A stretch of DNA of 64,000 nt, from IMG/VR virus record IMGVR_UViG_3300030119_000552, positions 11,803 to 75,802 of that record. One strand, given 5' to 3'. Every line of letters starts with the position of its first letter. Position 1 is the first letter of the stretch. The position numbers and the translations under genes are program-made. This stretch comes from a virus. The notes under the pieces are model-generated. The model was not told where the DNA came from and did no database searches. It saw nothing but the letters and a program-made list of their open reading frames with translations. Positions 39,243-50,107 of this stretch are shown here, piece after piece.

Positions 39243-39872
39243 TTAAATATCTTTCTTGGGAACAGGACCACACGTATAATTGAATTTTTCTATTGATTTT
39301 CTGTGTCGTTGAGCAACAATTGCTCCTGAATGATAGTTGTAGTATTTCCAGTATTCTTCGTTTTTCTTTTTAAATGGAAATGTTCCAATTTTCCTTAGAC
39401 TTTTGTATTCAATGTTTAACTTTTCACATAAAGTTTTATAGTCTTCGTCAAGATTCTCAAATCGCATATAATGATCCATTGTAGGACTACCTTTTTTATC
39501 AAAGTAAAATGGTTGGTTGAAGTGAGTATAATTTCCAATCCACCTTGCAAACTGCTCTTTGAATTCATAACCATCAAATTTCATTTTTAAAAGTTTATCA
39601 ATGTTCTCTCTGTGATTTTTTCCAACTAAACCACCATCTTGCCACCAAAAATAAGAAACCATACGATCCCAAGGATTTCGTGTAATTGTAAACTTAAAAT
39701 AATTGTTGAACTTTTTTTTGCCTACTATGTGTAGTGTATCTTTGGGGTTTCTGTGAGTGGTGTCTATAACATCTTTATCACCACACTGCTCAATCAAATT
39801 GTGTTCAACACTATTACCACCGACCTTCCAAGGTTTGAAAAATATAAACTTGTGTTTGTGAGATATAATCAT
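39243..39872 (-). CDS. Sulfotransferase family 2
   Basis: FIFFKPWKVGGNS (5'-PSB-like), FTITRNPWDRMVSYF (3'-PB), RFENL. Confidence 0.85.
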   Translation of the reverse strand: MIISHKHKFIFFKPWKVGGNSVEHNLIEQCGDKDVIDTTHRNPKDTLHIVGKKKFNNYFKFTITRNPWDRMVSYFWWQDGGLVGKNHRENIDKLLKMKFDGYEFKEQFARWIGNYTHFNQPFYFDKKGSPTMDHYMRFENLDEDYKTLCEKLNIEYKSLRKIGTFPFKKKNEEYWKYYNYHSGAIVAQRHRKSIEKFNYTCGPVPKKDI

Positions 39873-40822
39873 TTTCCATACACTTCTTTAAATTTTTCTA
39901 TGAACTGATTTAACTCCGATATAGGTAATTCGTTTACACCCGCTGCTTTCTCACGACCACCACCTGTTGGGAATTGCAATGCAAGTTTGCTTGCTCCAAA
40001 TGGATTGGTTTTTGGTGACCGAATACTTACACGATAGTTTTCTTCGTCTACCAATGTTAAAATCGCGAAGGCTTTGTTTGGATTATCAGTAGTTTGTTGA
40101 TTACTATATATTCCCGAATAACGGATTGATGCTTTGGTGTCGGGAAGTAGTATCACTTTACCTTTGTCTGTATCGTGTAAAATCTCAGAAGAACTTAGTT
40201 CTGCTTTATCTGAAATCATTTGCGTATAAATTTTGTTAAAGATTTCCGATTTTTTTCTGTATTGAAACGGAGATTCATATTGATGTAAATCAAGATACAC
40301 GTCTTTCGGATCAACTGTTAAATCCGATAATTCATTTCCGTATCCATTGTAGTTTAGTGTTTCACCAATTTCTTTTAGTTGACTCATAGAACTTTCATTG
40401 AAGCAAGGATTTAGTTTTTCTGCTTGTTCGTGTAAATTATCTCCATAAGCACCACATATTGTCCACGGACGATACAATCCTTCAAGAAAATTATCTACAA
40501 GAATGTTGGTGCAACAATTTGGGTCTGCGTCTACTTTTATTGAAAAGTTATCACCAAGTTCAGTTTCACCTGGTTCGTGGTGATCAAACCATCTTACTAT
40601 GTTATTGTTATTTAGTATTTCATCTATGTAGTCTTTGTTAGACAATAATGAAATATCAAAAACAGAAAGAGTTGAGTTTTTAAAACTGACTGCGTGTCTT
40701 AAAAGTTTTACATCTCGTTTTACTCCTGTGAAAACTTCACTTTCTTGTGGAAAATGCAAACGATATTGATGCAAACTGATTATACCATCTGCATCTCCAT
40801 TGAAGAAATCGTAGTACTTCAT
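39869..40822 (-). CDS. DHH-family phosphoesterase
   Basis: NGDADG, FDIS, FDHH, VSIRS, GGGR-AAG. Confidence 0.85.
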   Translation of the reverse strand: MKYYDFFNGDADGIISLHQYRLHFPQESEVFTGVKRDVKLLRHAVSFKNSTLSVFDISLLSNKDYIDEILNNNNIVRWFDHHEPGETELGDNFSIKVDADPNCCTNILVDNFLEGLYRPWTICGAYGDNLHEQAEKLNPCFNESSMSQLKEIGETLNYNGYGNELSDLTVDPKDVYLDLHQYESPFQYRKKSEIFNKIYTQMISDKAELSSSEILHDTDKGKVILLPDTKASIRYSGIYSNQQTTDNPNKAFAILTLVDEENYRVSIRSPKTNPFGASKLALQFPTGGGREKAAGVNELPISELNQFIEKFKEVYGK

Positions 40823-40823
40823 T

Positions 40824-41666
40824 TTATTCCTCGGCAACTGCACGACCTTTGTCTGCTTTCCAATCCTGCTCTGGTCGATCTATTTCTTCATTTCTTTTAA
40901 TTACTGCATCTAAAATTGGTGATTCAATTCCATTTTCTTTTGCAAAATTGGCCAATGCGTTTGTGTCTTTTGGAAAACAAGTTCCTCCAAACCCACGATG
41001 ACCATCGTGTCCTGGTACTTTGGTATGACCTGTTCCGATTCGTTTATCTTGTGTAGCAATACAACGAACATTTTCATAATCAATACCAAGCTCCGAACAT
41101 ATGCTTTCAAGTTCGTTAAAGAATCCAACCTTAACACTTAAAAACACATTCTTCAAGTACTTGATCATTTCTGCTTCACTTGGTTTGCATTGAATAACTT
41201 CTTTATTGACAACCGAACCATTTCCATTATTATATGCCAATTCAAACATACGTTTTGTTTTTTCATATAAAAAAGGATCAGTAGAACCAAGTATCCATTG
41301 ATCGCAATTCTTAAAATCTTCTTCCCAATTTTTCTCGGTAAGAAATTCTGGCATGAAGTTTACGTCAAGTTCTTCACTTGTTCCAGGTGGAATTGTGGAA
41401 CGTAACACGATATATTTGCTATCATCTATTTCTTGAATTTCTTCACATACTGCACGAACAATATCAAGATTTGCACTTCCGTCTGAATTCATTGGTGTGG
41501 GAACTGCAACGAAAATAATTTCGGACTCCTCTACAAATGTTTCAATATCCAATGTTTTAGGGTCTCTTTTTTCGGGAACTACATCCCATACCAATACTTC
41601 TACGTGTGGTCTAAGCAATGTCATTGCATGACCCACGAAACCATTACCAACTACTCCAATTTTCAT
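40824..41666 (-). CDS. ugd: UDP-glucose/GDP-mannose dehydrogenase family (lacks C-terminal domain)
   Basis: GVVGNGFVG, AVPTP, RSTIPPG, PEFL, GFGGTCFPKD. Confidence 0.88.
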   Translation of the reverse strand: MKIGVVGNGFVGHAMTLLRPHVEVLVWDVVPEKRDPKTLDIETFVEESEIIFVAVPTPMNSDGSANLDIVRAVCEEIQEIDDSKYIVLRSTIPPGTSEELDVNFMPEFLTEKNWEEDFKNCDQWILGSTDPFLYEKTKRMFELAYNNGNGSVVNKEVIQCKPSEAEMIKYLKNVFLSVKVGFFNELESICSELGIDYENVRCIATQDKRIGTGHTKVPGHDGHRGFGGTCFPKDTNALANFAKENGIESPILDAVIKRNEEIDRPEQDWKADKGRAVAEE

Positions 41667-41733
41667 ATAACGCAATCTCCATTTAATTAATGCGATATAA
41701 CCTTTTATAATAAATATGTAATAGATTGCTTTA

Positions 41734-42546
41734 TTACTTGAATTTGCGTTTTATTCTATCAATTACATTTTTATCAGAAGCATTTGTTGAGTTTCCTAAC
41801 GAAGACCCAAATATACTCAATACCTCATTTTTGGATAACTTTTTATCATCGTCAACTGCACGGATTTTTTCTTTAGCATCGTGGACACCCTTGATGATAT
41901 TTGATGTCATTTGACTGCTTGTGATCCCCAACCAAGATATTAGTCCTGGTATTTTACCCACCAACCAAGCTATGAATTGTGTGATAATCGGCAATAACGC
42001 AGGACCCGCTATAATACAAACTGCTATTGCTCCAAGCAAACCGAATGTTCCTGTCAACCATGCCCATAACGATGAAAAGAATCCATCTTTGTTTTCTTTT
42101 GCTTTCAACTCACCTAAACTGATTAGTTTTTCTTCGGTGTCTTTTAAGTCATGTCCGAGAATTTCTTTGCGTCTACTTAATTCAACCACGTCTTTATCTC
42201 TGTCTGCTATATTCTTCACTGCAATTTCATTGTTACTTATCACATCTTCTACGTGGATTTTATCACCAGGTTGCGGTAGTCCAACTATCTCTTGTGCTTT
42301 TTGAGCAAACGACAATGCCACTAAATCTTCTCTGGACTTGTCTTCTGATAAAGATAAAGCATCTACGGTTCCTGATACGAATGCTCTTGTGTGACGATTA
42401 AGTTCTCCTTCTTTTCTTGCAATCTCACCAGCAATTTCTTGTCGTTGTTCTTTTAGACCCCATGTTACATTAAAGCAACCTTGGTTCGTGGTAGTTACAA
42501 ATAATACAAATGTTGTGGTTAGGATATGTCGCAGTTTCATATCCAT
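41734..42546 (-). CDS. putative lipoprotein/membrane protein
   Basis: Signal-like N-terminus ending in GC, coiled coil, hydrophobic segment. Confidence 0.55.
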   Translation of the reverse strand: MDMKLRHILTTTFVLFVTTTNQGCFNVTWGLKEQRQEIAGEIARKEGELNRHTRAFVSGTVDALSLSEDKSREDLVALSFAQKAQEIVGLPQPGDKIHVEDVISNNEIAVKNIADRDKDVVELSRRKEILGHDLKDTEEKLISLGELKAKENKDGFFSSLWAWLTGTFGLLGAIAVCIIAGPALLPIITQFIAWLVGKIPGLISWLGITSSQMTSNIIKGVHDAKEKIRAVDDDKKLSKNEVLSIFGSSLGNSTNASDKNVIDRIKRKFK

Positions 42547-42559
42547 ATATATGTAGTTT

Positions 42560-43420
42560 TTATAGTTTTCCTCGAAATGCAGAAACTTCTGTTGCGAATT
42601 GCTTGTTGCAGTTTGCTCTGAAATCTTGTGTGTTGGTTTTCAATGTCGTACTTGATTTTATGGGTTGTCTATTTTCAACAACTACCATGTTCGTTAGTAT
42701 ATATTGTTGTATATTTTTATTGTGTGTTTTCATAATCTTACAACACTCCATAACAAAGGTGTCATCGGGACCGTATCCAACAAATGATTTGGGTATGCCT
42801 ATGTATTTTAATAGATTTGCAGAAATTGCATTAAACCAACCACCACCCCATTTAAATGTATCATTGGGTTTCAAACCAACAGGTCCATAGTTGGTATTTG
42901 CTATTTCGTGTGCATTTGCAGTCTTATAGTAATCGTGAGATTTTTTTAAGAAATTGTGATTTACAATGCAATCCCACGTATTGTCCCACAACTTTATTAT
43001 TTGAGGTGTTATTATGTAGTATTCGTTTATATGCTTAACGTGTTCAACTGCATTTAATTGGTTTGCCAATAAAGTTTCATCAAAGTGTAAATCCGAGTCG
43101 AGAAATATAATGGTGTCTGAGTCGTTTGAATTTTTTATGGTGATTCGTCTGTGTTCGTTTACACCCAAAAACATTTCGTTGTTGTGAATATTGCAGTTTG
43201 ACTTTACTGAAATTTTGCTACACACACCTTTGAATGAATTTACTATATTGTCGTGTGTTTCGCTTTTCCAATCAATTAAGGTTGGGTTTGTGTTCAACGA
43301 TACATCGAGTAAAATATCAGAAGTATCGTCTAGGTACTTGATAGAGTTTTCAAAAGTTTCAACGATACCTTGAAATCTTTTTATTTCATGTGGAAAAATG
43401 TGAATTGAAATTATTATCAT
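42560..43420 (-). CDS. Glycosyltransferase (GT-A)
   Basis: IFLDSD DxD motif; GYGPDD. Confidence 0.7.
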   Translation of the reverse strand: MIIISIHIFPHEIKRFQGIVETFENSIKYLDDTSDILLDVSLNTNPTLIDWKSETHDNIVNSFKGVCSKISVKSNCNIHNNEMFLGVNEHRRITIKNSNDSDTIIFLDSDLHFDETLLANQLNAVEHVKHINEYYIITPQIIKLWDNTWDCIVNHNFLKKSHDYYKTANAHEIANTNYGPVGLKPNDTFKWGGGWFNAISANLLKYIGIPKSFVGYGPDDTFVMECCKIMKTHNKNIQQYILTNMVVVENRQPIKSSTTLKTNTQDFRANCNKQFATEVSAFRGKL

Positions 43421-45153
43421 GTTAATATCAACTCCCAACTTCTATTGATGTAATCTGCTTCTTCTGAATCGTGTAGGTTTATCAAACGACCATGAAGTGT
43501 TTCGTAAAATGCTTTTTCTTTTTTTAATATACAATCCCTACCCACAAAAAAAGAATTGTTTATATTGTATCGGAGTTGTACACCATCGTGGATTACCACA
43601 TTATTTGTTTTCTTTCCTATGGTTCTTTTTAGTAATGTGACTGACTGAGTTGGTATATATTTGGTAACCCAATTTATATAGTTATGATGACTGTCAACTA
43701 CATTGTGTTTTTCATAATCTTTGATGTGGGTATCATCATTAACATAAAAGTTTTTAAATCCAGTTGTAATGTATGTTAATCTAGTTTCGTTGGTGGCATC
43801 TGTTATTAAAGTGTTTATAGTTTTTTGATACGAATTATCTGAAATCTTCAGTTTATCCGAGAGGAACACCACCACATCGGGTATGTTGTCGTAATTGGTT
43901 ACTATAAAATTCAAATATGTTTCTGCGTCACCAGAGCCTATGTTTGATATTAAAGTTGAACTATTCGGATGAGGTGACTTATCAACTACCACATGAAAAT
44001 CGGCGACTATTCGTTTGATTGCAAAATACTCTTCTTTTGTTTTTGATGCAACTATTCCAACTTTCAAATTTTTATTTATTTTTGGCATTCTCGATGTAAT
44101 TTGTTTTTTGAGTTGCAGTTCGTGTAAGTTGTCGGTTTCAAGTTTTGTAACATCGTATTCTGGATTTTTTTTCAATATTAGTTTTAATATTTTATTTCTA
44201 TAAGATAAGTTTTTATTTATCACTCCAATGAAACCATCCTCGTCTCTTGTTTTAAAGTATGTTCTTATTTCTGATTTAAGTTCTTTGTTATTTAATGTAT
44301 ACAAACCCGAGGAAGTTGGTAATAGGTCTTTTTTTGGGTTGTACATTGTTCGTTTTATTATAGATTCTCTTGACTGATATTTTCTTTTGGTAAAAGTCCC
44401 ATGATATTCGACATATATTGTATTTGGTGCAAACGAAACTTTATTTATTTTTGTGTAATTCCGATCAACCCAATCTAGGTAATCATTTAAAAATTCTGAT
44501 GTAGTTCCTTTGAAAAATCTATCGTCTTTGATAGTTGGTATTAACTCATCCTTTGAATAAACACAGCCGAGTAAATTCAAGAAATCTCCTGTTCCAACTA
44601 TTGCGTTCTCGTATAAATAAAAATGTTCAAGGACATCTCGGTGGTATCCATATGCATATCCTGGCTCACCAGGTCGCTTCAAAATTTTGTGTAGTTCGGG
44701 TTTGGTATTATTAAAATAATAACTCGTAGATTTCATAACACAACTTTTGTTTGATGGTAGTAACTTTATGCAAGTTTCAAACAACTGAACCACTTTGTGC
44801 TTCTTGATGGATTTAATTGACTTGGTCACCCAATCGTGGTTGGAGAATAAAATGTCTGCATCAACCCATGCGATATACTTGTATCCACGTTTGTATAAAT
44901 CACGAATTCCTATATTAAGTAATTGCTCTTTTTGCCAATACACCTCGTTTGATTGGAGTGAGATTGTGTTTTTGTGAATGTTTGATGCTCTATACTTTGC
45001 ATCATCAGAATACGATTCAACTACGACAAGTTCTATATCGTCTTGTTCTGATATTTTTTGGTGGAATGATACAAAATTAATATATCTAGACAAATAGTTG
45101 CACGGATTGAAATAACAACACACCACACCAAGTTTATCATCTTTGAGTTCCAT
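43417..45153 (-). CDS. Glycosyltransferase-like, two-domain
   Basis: WQKEQLLNIG, IAWVDAD, GTGD. C-terminal E-YLNFIVTNYDNIPD..F (DUF3431-like). Confidence 0.65.
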   Translation of the reverse strand: MELKDDKLGVVCCYFNPCNYLSRYINFVSFHQKISEQDDIELVVVESYSDDAKYRASNIHKNTISLQSNEVYWQKEQLLNIGIRDLYKRGYKYIAWVDADILFSNHDWVTKSIKSIKKHKVVQLFETCIKLLPSNKSCVMKSTSYYFNNTKPELHKILKRPGEPGYAYGYHRDVLEHFYLYENAIVGTGDFLNLLGCVYSKDELIPTIKDDRFFKGTTSEFLNDYLDWVDRNYTKINKVSFAPNTIYVEYHGTFTKRKYQSRESIIKRTMYNPKKDLLPTSSGLYTLNNKELKSEIRTYFKTRDEDGFIGVINKNLSYRNKILKLILKKNPEYDVTKLETDNLHELQLKKQITSRMPKINKNLKVGIVASKTKEEYFAIKRIVADFHVVVDKSPHPNSSTLISNIGSGDAETYLNFIVTNYDNIPDVVVFLSDKLKISDNSYQKTINTLITDATNETRLTYITTGFKNFYVNDDTHIKDYEKHNVVDSHHNYINWVTKYIPTQSVTLLKRTIGKKTNNVVIHDGVQLRYNINNSFFVGRDCILKKEKAFYETLHGRLINLHDSEEADYINRSWELILT

Positions 45154-45769
45154 CTGCGTTGTAATTCCTATCGTATCTGTCGTTGTTTGCAACTTGCCCT
45201 TCTATATCTTTTATATGAAGTATATCAAGACCTACATTACCAGGAAGTCTTCCAAATGTGACATGACCTTCTATGTATTCATGTAAGGGTCTTACCCATT
45301 TTATTTCGTTAGAGTTTTTATATATACGACCTTGATAATCTGGATAATTAATTCGTTGTTTTTCATCACATACCCAATTCCACTTTGTTAAATGATGTTG
45401 TTGTATACCGTGAACTATATTCTCTCTTGGAACGAGTAACAAATCGACTTTGTTTGCATTTATTATTTCTTTAATATTGTGCAATAATAACTCGGTTGGT
45501 AATTCGTCTGCATCTAATTGGAATATGTACTCTTTGGTACACAACCTGTTAAGGTTGTTTTTATGTTCTGCGTAATTACCGGTGAACTTTGATGAGTGTA
45601 CATTTTTACATAAATTTAATGTTTTTAAAGTATGCGTATTTGTAGAATAATCATCTAATATAATCAACTCATCGTCTGTATCTATATACTGATTTATTCG
45701 GTTTACCAACTTTTCAAAAGAAATTGTTTCGTTGTGTGTGGTTATTGCATAACTGATTGATGTTGTCAT
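45137..45769 (-). CDS. Glycosyltransferase family 2
   Basis: ISYAITTHNE, LDDYS, FQLDADE, YPDYQGR, LHE. Confidence 0.85.
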   Translation of the reverse strand: MTTSISYAITTHNETISFEKLVNRINQYIDTDDELIILDDYSTNTHTLKTLNLCKNVHSSKFTGNYAEHKNNLNRLCTKEYIFQLDADELPTELLLHNIKEIINANKVDLLLVPRENIVHGIQQHHLTKWNWVCDEKQRINYPDYQGRIYKNSNEIKWVRPLHEYIEGHVTFGRLPGNVGLDILHIKDIEGQVANNDRYDRNYNADGTQR

Positions 45770-46488
45770 TTTAGTAAATCGTCTATTTCATTCATGTCAG
45801 TTGTGGATGTTTCATCTATATACTTTTCAATATCAAGCACCGCCTCCACGAAATTATCAACACTTCCAAATCTTGATAAAATTAATTTTGTAAATATATC
45901 ATCTTTTAATTTCATCGTATTAACATTTACAACTTCATTTAAAACCCTTACCTCATCTTGTATGTCTTTTAATGTTTCTTGTTTACTGATTAATAAGTCT
46001 CTTGCTTTTTTATTAGAAGGAGGGAATAGTGTGGCATAATTTAATGTTCCCACCTTGGGTTGTTTTATTAAGTGAGTAAAATAAGTACGGTAGCAAGGAT
46101 AAGTTCCTAAATAAGTTTGTATATATTTTTGATAAAAAGTCTTAGGCCTGTCAATTATCTCAGTAATCGGTGCTTTCATTTCATATCTTCTTTTTATCAA
46201 AGTAAGTGTGTCTTGAGTAATCAATCTCTTAAGAAAAGTTCTGAATTCCAACCAAGGTACATGGGATAAATTTAATCCATGAAGTAATCTACCTCCACCT
46301 GCTGGATTTAATCTCTGATTTAATACGAATACTAATCTAGGTACAGTACCAGTTCCACTTGATTTCCGTCGACTTCTTTCTTCTGGATATCTGAATGTTA
46401 TTAATTGACCACGTTTAACTTTGGGAATGGAAGTTGGGAGGAATCCCGCAACCATTTTGTTTCGGTATGCAGGGAAATAGGTTTTCAT
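45766..46488 (-). CDS. hypothetical protein (weakly T4 gp2 DNA-end-protector-like)
   Basis: GQLITFRY...PRLVFVL...GLNL...YRTY. Confidence 0.35.
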   Translation of the reverse strand: MKTYFPAYRNKMVAGFLPTSIPKVKRGQLITFRYPEERSRRKSSGTGTVPRLVFVLNQRLNPAGGGRLLHGLNLSHVPWLEFRTFLKRLITQDTLTLIKRRYEMKAPITEIIDRPKTFYQKYIQTYLGTYPCYRTYFTHLIKQPKVGTLNYATLFPPSNKKARDLLISKQETLKDIQDEVRVLNEVVNVNTMKLKDDIFTKLILSRFGSVDNFVEAVLDIEKYIDETSTTDMNEIDDLLK

Positions 46489-46489
46489 G

Positions 46490-47731
46490 TCAAGGAAGTT
46501 TTTTGATAGTAGGTAGTTTTATTTCAACACATTCTGCTTTTTGTGGGATGTACTTGTTGAATATATTGTCATATATATTAAATATTGATGTCTTACTAAA
46601 CTTATCAACATTGATTTCCGCAAGAACCTTTGCCCTTTTAAGATGCTTATCGTAGTTACTGAATACGTCAATCATCAATTCACGACTTCTGTTTTCATCT
46701 ACATTAAACCACTTTGCTCCTTGGCAGAATAATGAATTAACCACACCGACCTCCGTTAGTTTTCCAGGAATCAAAGATGAATGTTTCTTTGGCAGAAAGT
46801 CCAAATGGCCTGACCACTTTGATGCTATTACTGGTTTCCCACTCAAAGATGCTTCCAACAAGGGTCTACCAAAACCCTCTCCCTTTGTATGACTGATGTG
46901 ACATTTTATTTTTGAATGATTATATAAAGTTGCCATTTCCGATTCGGTTAAATCTCCGTGGAGTAGGTACACACTAGGTGGATTATTTATCTCACCTACA
47001 CACTCTCTGATTCTTTTTTCAATATCAACTTGGTCAATTAAACTGAAACCCGTGCCACTTGTTTTTAATATAAGTGCTGGTTTGTTTTCATCTGCATCAA
47101 ATGTAGATGTGAATGTTTGAATTAGTGACTTTATGTTTTTTCTACCACCATCATCTGATGTAGATGTTATCCATTGACCGACAAACAGAAAACAAAACTC
47201 TTCTTGTATAGAATCGAGTTTAGAGTTTATAGTCTCACTGTTTGGTTGATTTTTGTAATAGAAATTTTCACTAACGGATTCTGGTATTACTTCAATTGGT
47301 GTTGTACATTTTATCTGTTCACCCTCATGTGAGTATTGTGAGTTTGTTAATGTTTCTTTTGTAAACTCCGATGGAACTAAAACCAAGTCCATTTTGTTAC
47401 ACCCTTCTATAAATTGAAGTGGGCATATATTTGTTTCTACTCCGGCGGTTATTCCGACATTATATTTTCCAAGTGTCTTAAATTCTGTTGGTAAACCAAG
47501 GTGAATGCATACGTCGTACTCACCACTCGTTGCCGATGGTTGTATACGTTCTATTAATTTTTTGGTAACAGACAACTCATTATCCAAGGCATTCATTGGA
47601 TTGCTCCCCCAATTCGTGACTACAAATGAAGAATCCCAATCACATAAATACTCACCAACTTCACGTGCGTGTTCTCCATATCCACTTCTAGATGCAAGTG
47701 GTGAAATGAATATTGTTTTATTATTTTTCAT
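46490..47731 (-). CDS. Glycosyltransferase (GT-B, GT4-like)
   Basis: SRSGYG, FLFVGQW, RKNI, GEGFGRPLLEA. Confidence 0.9.
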   Translation of the reverse strand: MKNNKTIFISPLASRSGYGEHAREVGEYLCDWDSSFVVTNWGSNPMNALDNELSVTKKLIERIQPSATSGEYDVCIHLGLPTEFKTLGKYNVGITAGVETNICPLQFIEGCNKMDLVLVPSEFTKETLTNSQYSHEGEQIKCTTPIEVIPESVSENFYYKNQPNSETINSKLDSIQEEFCFLFVGQWITSTSDDGGRKNIKSLIQTFTSTFDADENKPALILKTSGTGFSLIDQVDIEKRIRECVGEINNPPSVYLLHGDLTESEMATLYNHSKIKCHISHTKGEGFGRPLLEASLSGKPVIASKWSGHLDFLPKKHSSLIPGKLTEVGVVNSLFCQGAKWFNVDENRSRELMIDVFSNYDKHLKRAKVLAEINVDKFSKTSIFNIYDNIFNKYIPQKAECVEIKLPTIKKLP

Positions 47732-48990
47732 TACACTACCTTAATACATTTGAAACTTTCACGTGGAGTATGGGTTTCTATTGCCGTTTCAATTCCTCTG
47801 TATACACCTTCACACATATCTTCAAGTGTATATCCATTGTTTAATATAAAATCTCTACCAAGCAATCCCATTGCTTTTCGTTCATCATAGTTTTTTTCAT
47901 ATAGTTCGTTTATGGCAGTTGCTACTTCTTCTGCACAACATATATCATCGTATATATAAGGCACATTAGGACTTCCTATCAAGTTGCGAACTTTGGGTGA
48001 TATACCAATTCCCCATGAATTATCTGAATCAATTTGCTCTGACAATCCTCCTGTTTTGTTAACGATAATTGGTGTTCCTGCGGATAACGATTCTAAGGTG
48101 GAAAGACCAAATCCTTCGTTTGATGCTAAGTTGATGGTAACATCTGCTGAATTATACATTTGATTTAACGTTTCGTCCGAAACGACTTGGTTTGAAAATA
48201 TTATGTTTCGATTAGGATATAATTCATTAACGAGTGTATGTAAGTTTGAACCATATGGGTTTTCGGGATTCGTATGAACCAATAAAGCAACATTTTCGGC
48301 ATCGGATGCTTTCAAGTTTCCACAAAATTTATCAAACGCATCAAATGTGAGTAATAATTGCTTTCGTCTTATATTCGTATTATTTGCAAACACCATAAAT
48401 TTACATGAGTTTTCTAGAATGTTCTCACGACATCTTATTGAGTTTGATTCGTTAAGTGGACTATAAACTTTTGTATCAACTCCGTGGGGAACATATGAAT
48501 GATTTTCAAAGCTACTCGTACTTTTTACACATTCATGTGTCAACTTGCTTATACACCCAATCCAATCACATGAGTCATATATAGTCTTATTATACATTGG
48601 AACTGGATCATTATCCCATACATGATAATAACACAGTGGAATGGTTTGTCTGATTTCGTTTTCCATTCTATACATCCATTCCCAATTCCTTGGATCGGTT
48701 ATGTGTAATATTGCATCGGGATTTTCTTGACTAATAACTTGTCTTAAAATAGAAGGACTTCCATAACCAGATGTACAATATAATCTTACATACGAGTTTT
48801 TGCAATTAACTAAATTATTAACAGACTCAGATACGTCTACTACATTACCATCATCAGGATTTGTTTTTTGAGCAGCTATTTGAATCCAATCATATTTTTC
48901 TACACCCGACAAAACAAGTTGTTTGCATACGCGGGACACACCTGATATAACTCGAATATCGTCCCCTAGAAGCAATATTTTTTTCTTCAT
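47731..48990 (-). CDS. Glycosyltransferase (GT-B, GT4-like)
   Basis: VPHGVD, NIRRKQ, NEGFGLSTLES, GGLSEQ. Confidence 0.9.
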   Translation of the reverse strand: MKKKILLLGDDIRVISGVSRVCKQLVLSGVEKYDWIQIAAQKTNPDDGNVVDVSESVNNLVNCKNSYVRLYCTSGYGSPSILRQVISQENPDAILHITDPRNWEWMYRMENEIRQTIPLCYYHVWDNDPVPMYNKTIYDSCDWIGCISKLTHECVKSTSSFENHSYVPHGVDTKVYSPLNESNSIRCRENILENSCKFMVFANNTNIRRKQLLLTFDAFDKFCGNLKASDAENVALLVHTNPENPYGSNLHTLVNELYPNRNIIFSNQVVSDETLNQMYNSADVTINLASNEGFGLSTLESLSAGTPIIVNKTGGLSEQIDSDNSWGIGISPKVRNLIGSPNVPYIYDDICCAEEVATAINELYEKNYDERKAMGLLGRDFILNNGYTLEDMCEGVYRGIETAIETHTPRESFKCIKVV

Positions 48991-48996
48991 ACAAAA

Positions 48997-49025
48997 ACAA
49001 TACTAAGTAATTGCACGAAAGTCAA
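48997..49025 (-). promoter_or_regulatory. sigma70-like promoter
   Basis: TTGACT-17-TATTGT, 6 nt before ATG 48990. Confidence 0.6.
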
Positions 49026-49223
49026 TCAATACTTTTTATTGTTTGTGATTGGGGCAGCCTCGTCGAGTTGTTTCTTAAAATCAGACTCACTAAGATATAA
49101 ATGAATAGCACGATTAACAAGTTTTTGCAAAGTCATATCAGAATTTAATGTTTTCATTTTAAATTCGGAGTAGTTTTCTGATAACACTTTAACCGTGGTC
49201 AGTTTGTAATTGGCATCGTTCAT
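49026..49223 (-). CDS. small ribbon-helix-helix-like protein
   Basis: LTTVKV strand followed by two helices (TLQKLVNRAIHLYL). Confidence 0.5.
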   Translation of the reverse strand: MNDANYKLTTVKVLSENYSEFKMKTLNSDMTLQKLVNRAIHLYLSESDFKKQLDEAAPITNNKKY

Positions 49224-49290
49224 TTAATGATAAATATACATGAAAAACACTTTTCGCACAATCTTCCAAAAAATGATAGAGTTTTTATAA

Positions 49291-49686
49291 TCATACCACG
49301 TCCCACTTAGGTGGGTTTAATGGACACCGACTTGTTGCAAGAAGTAATTTTCCACTACTACAGCCGCATTTTTTACATCTAGCTATATTGGTAGTACCTA
49401 CTTCTTGCCAAAACTCGCAACTTCTACAAATTATAATTCTCTCATTCCATTGTTCTGAAGTGACCACTGGACGGCCTGCTTTTTGCCACGCAATTAATGA
49501 TGTAGTTAAATTCTTTGCCAATCCAAAAAAACCCAACCTTTCAGCATTTGATTGCGTGGGTTCATTTTGTAAAGTGCTATCTTTTTTAGTAACGGGCGTT
49601 GGAGTTGATTTTATCGTTTCCTTTAATATTGGTGCAGGAGTAGGTGTATCGTCTTCTTTTTTATATCTTTTAAAAATTTTACCCAT
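49291..49686 (-). CDS. Cys-rich hypothetical protein
   Basis: R..ICRSC...CKKCGC...CP..KW. Confidence 0.65.
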   Translation of the reverse strand: MGKIFKRYKKEDDTPTPAPILKETIKSTPTPVTKKDSTLQNEPTQSNAERLGFFGLAKNLTTSLIAWQKAGRPVVTSEQWNERIIICRSCEFWQEVGTTNIARCKKCGCSSGKLLLATSRCPLNPPKWDVV

Positions 49687-49733
49687 TTGACTGAGAACCT
49701 TTGTAAAATTAAATCTATCCTAAATACTTATAT

Positions 49734-50066
49734 ATGATGAGTGCAAACATTTTAGTAATCCCGAAGGAGAACGATGAATTGAATGCTGATATAAAAGCAA
49801 ACAAGGAAAAATATATGAAGCATATTTTAAAATGTTTTTCAGAACTTGTCAAAGATTCTCTTATTCCATCGAAAATTTCTTTATTTAAGTTTAGAAATAC
49901 TAACCTTGAAATAGTGGTCAAACAAGAAAGTTACATTCCCAACTTGCAAAATTTACTAGACTATTATATAGAATTAGAGAAATATGAAAATTGTACTATT
50001 ATAAAAGACATTATAAAAAAAATAGAAAATATTAATAATAAAGACGAACCAGTTGAACAAGACTAA
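49734..50066 (+). CDS. hypothetical protein (UVR-like C-terminal motif)
   Basis: YYIELEKYENCTIIKD. Confidence 0.55.
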   Translation: MMSANILVIPKENDELNADIKANKEKYMKHILKCFSELVKDSLIPSKISLFKFRNTNLEIVVKQESYIPNLQNLLDYYIELEKYENCTIIKDIIKKIENINNKDEPVEQD

Positions 50067-50107
50067 TTAAACAGTAGACTCACGTCATAATAAACAGGAA
50101 ACTCATC

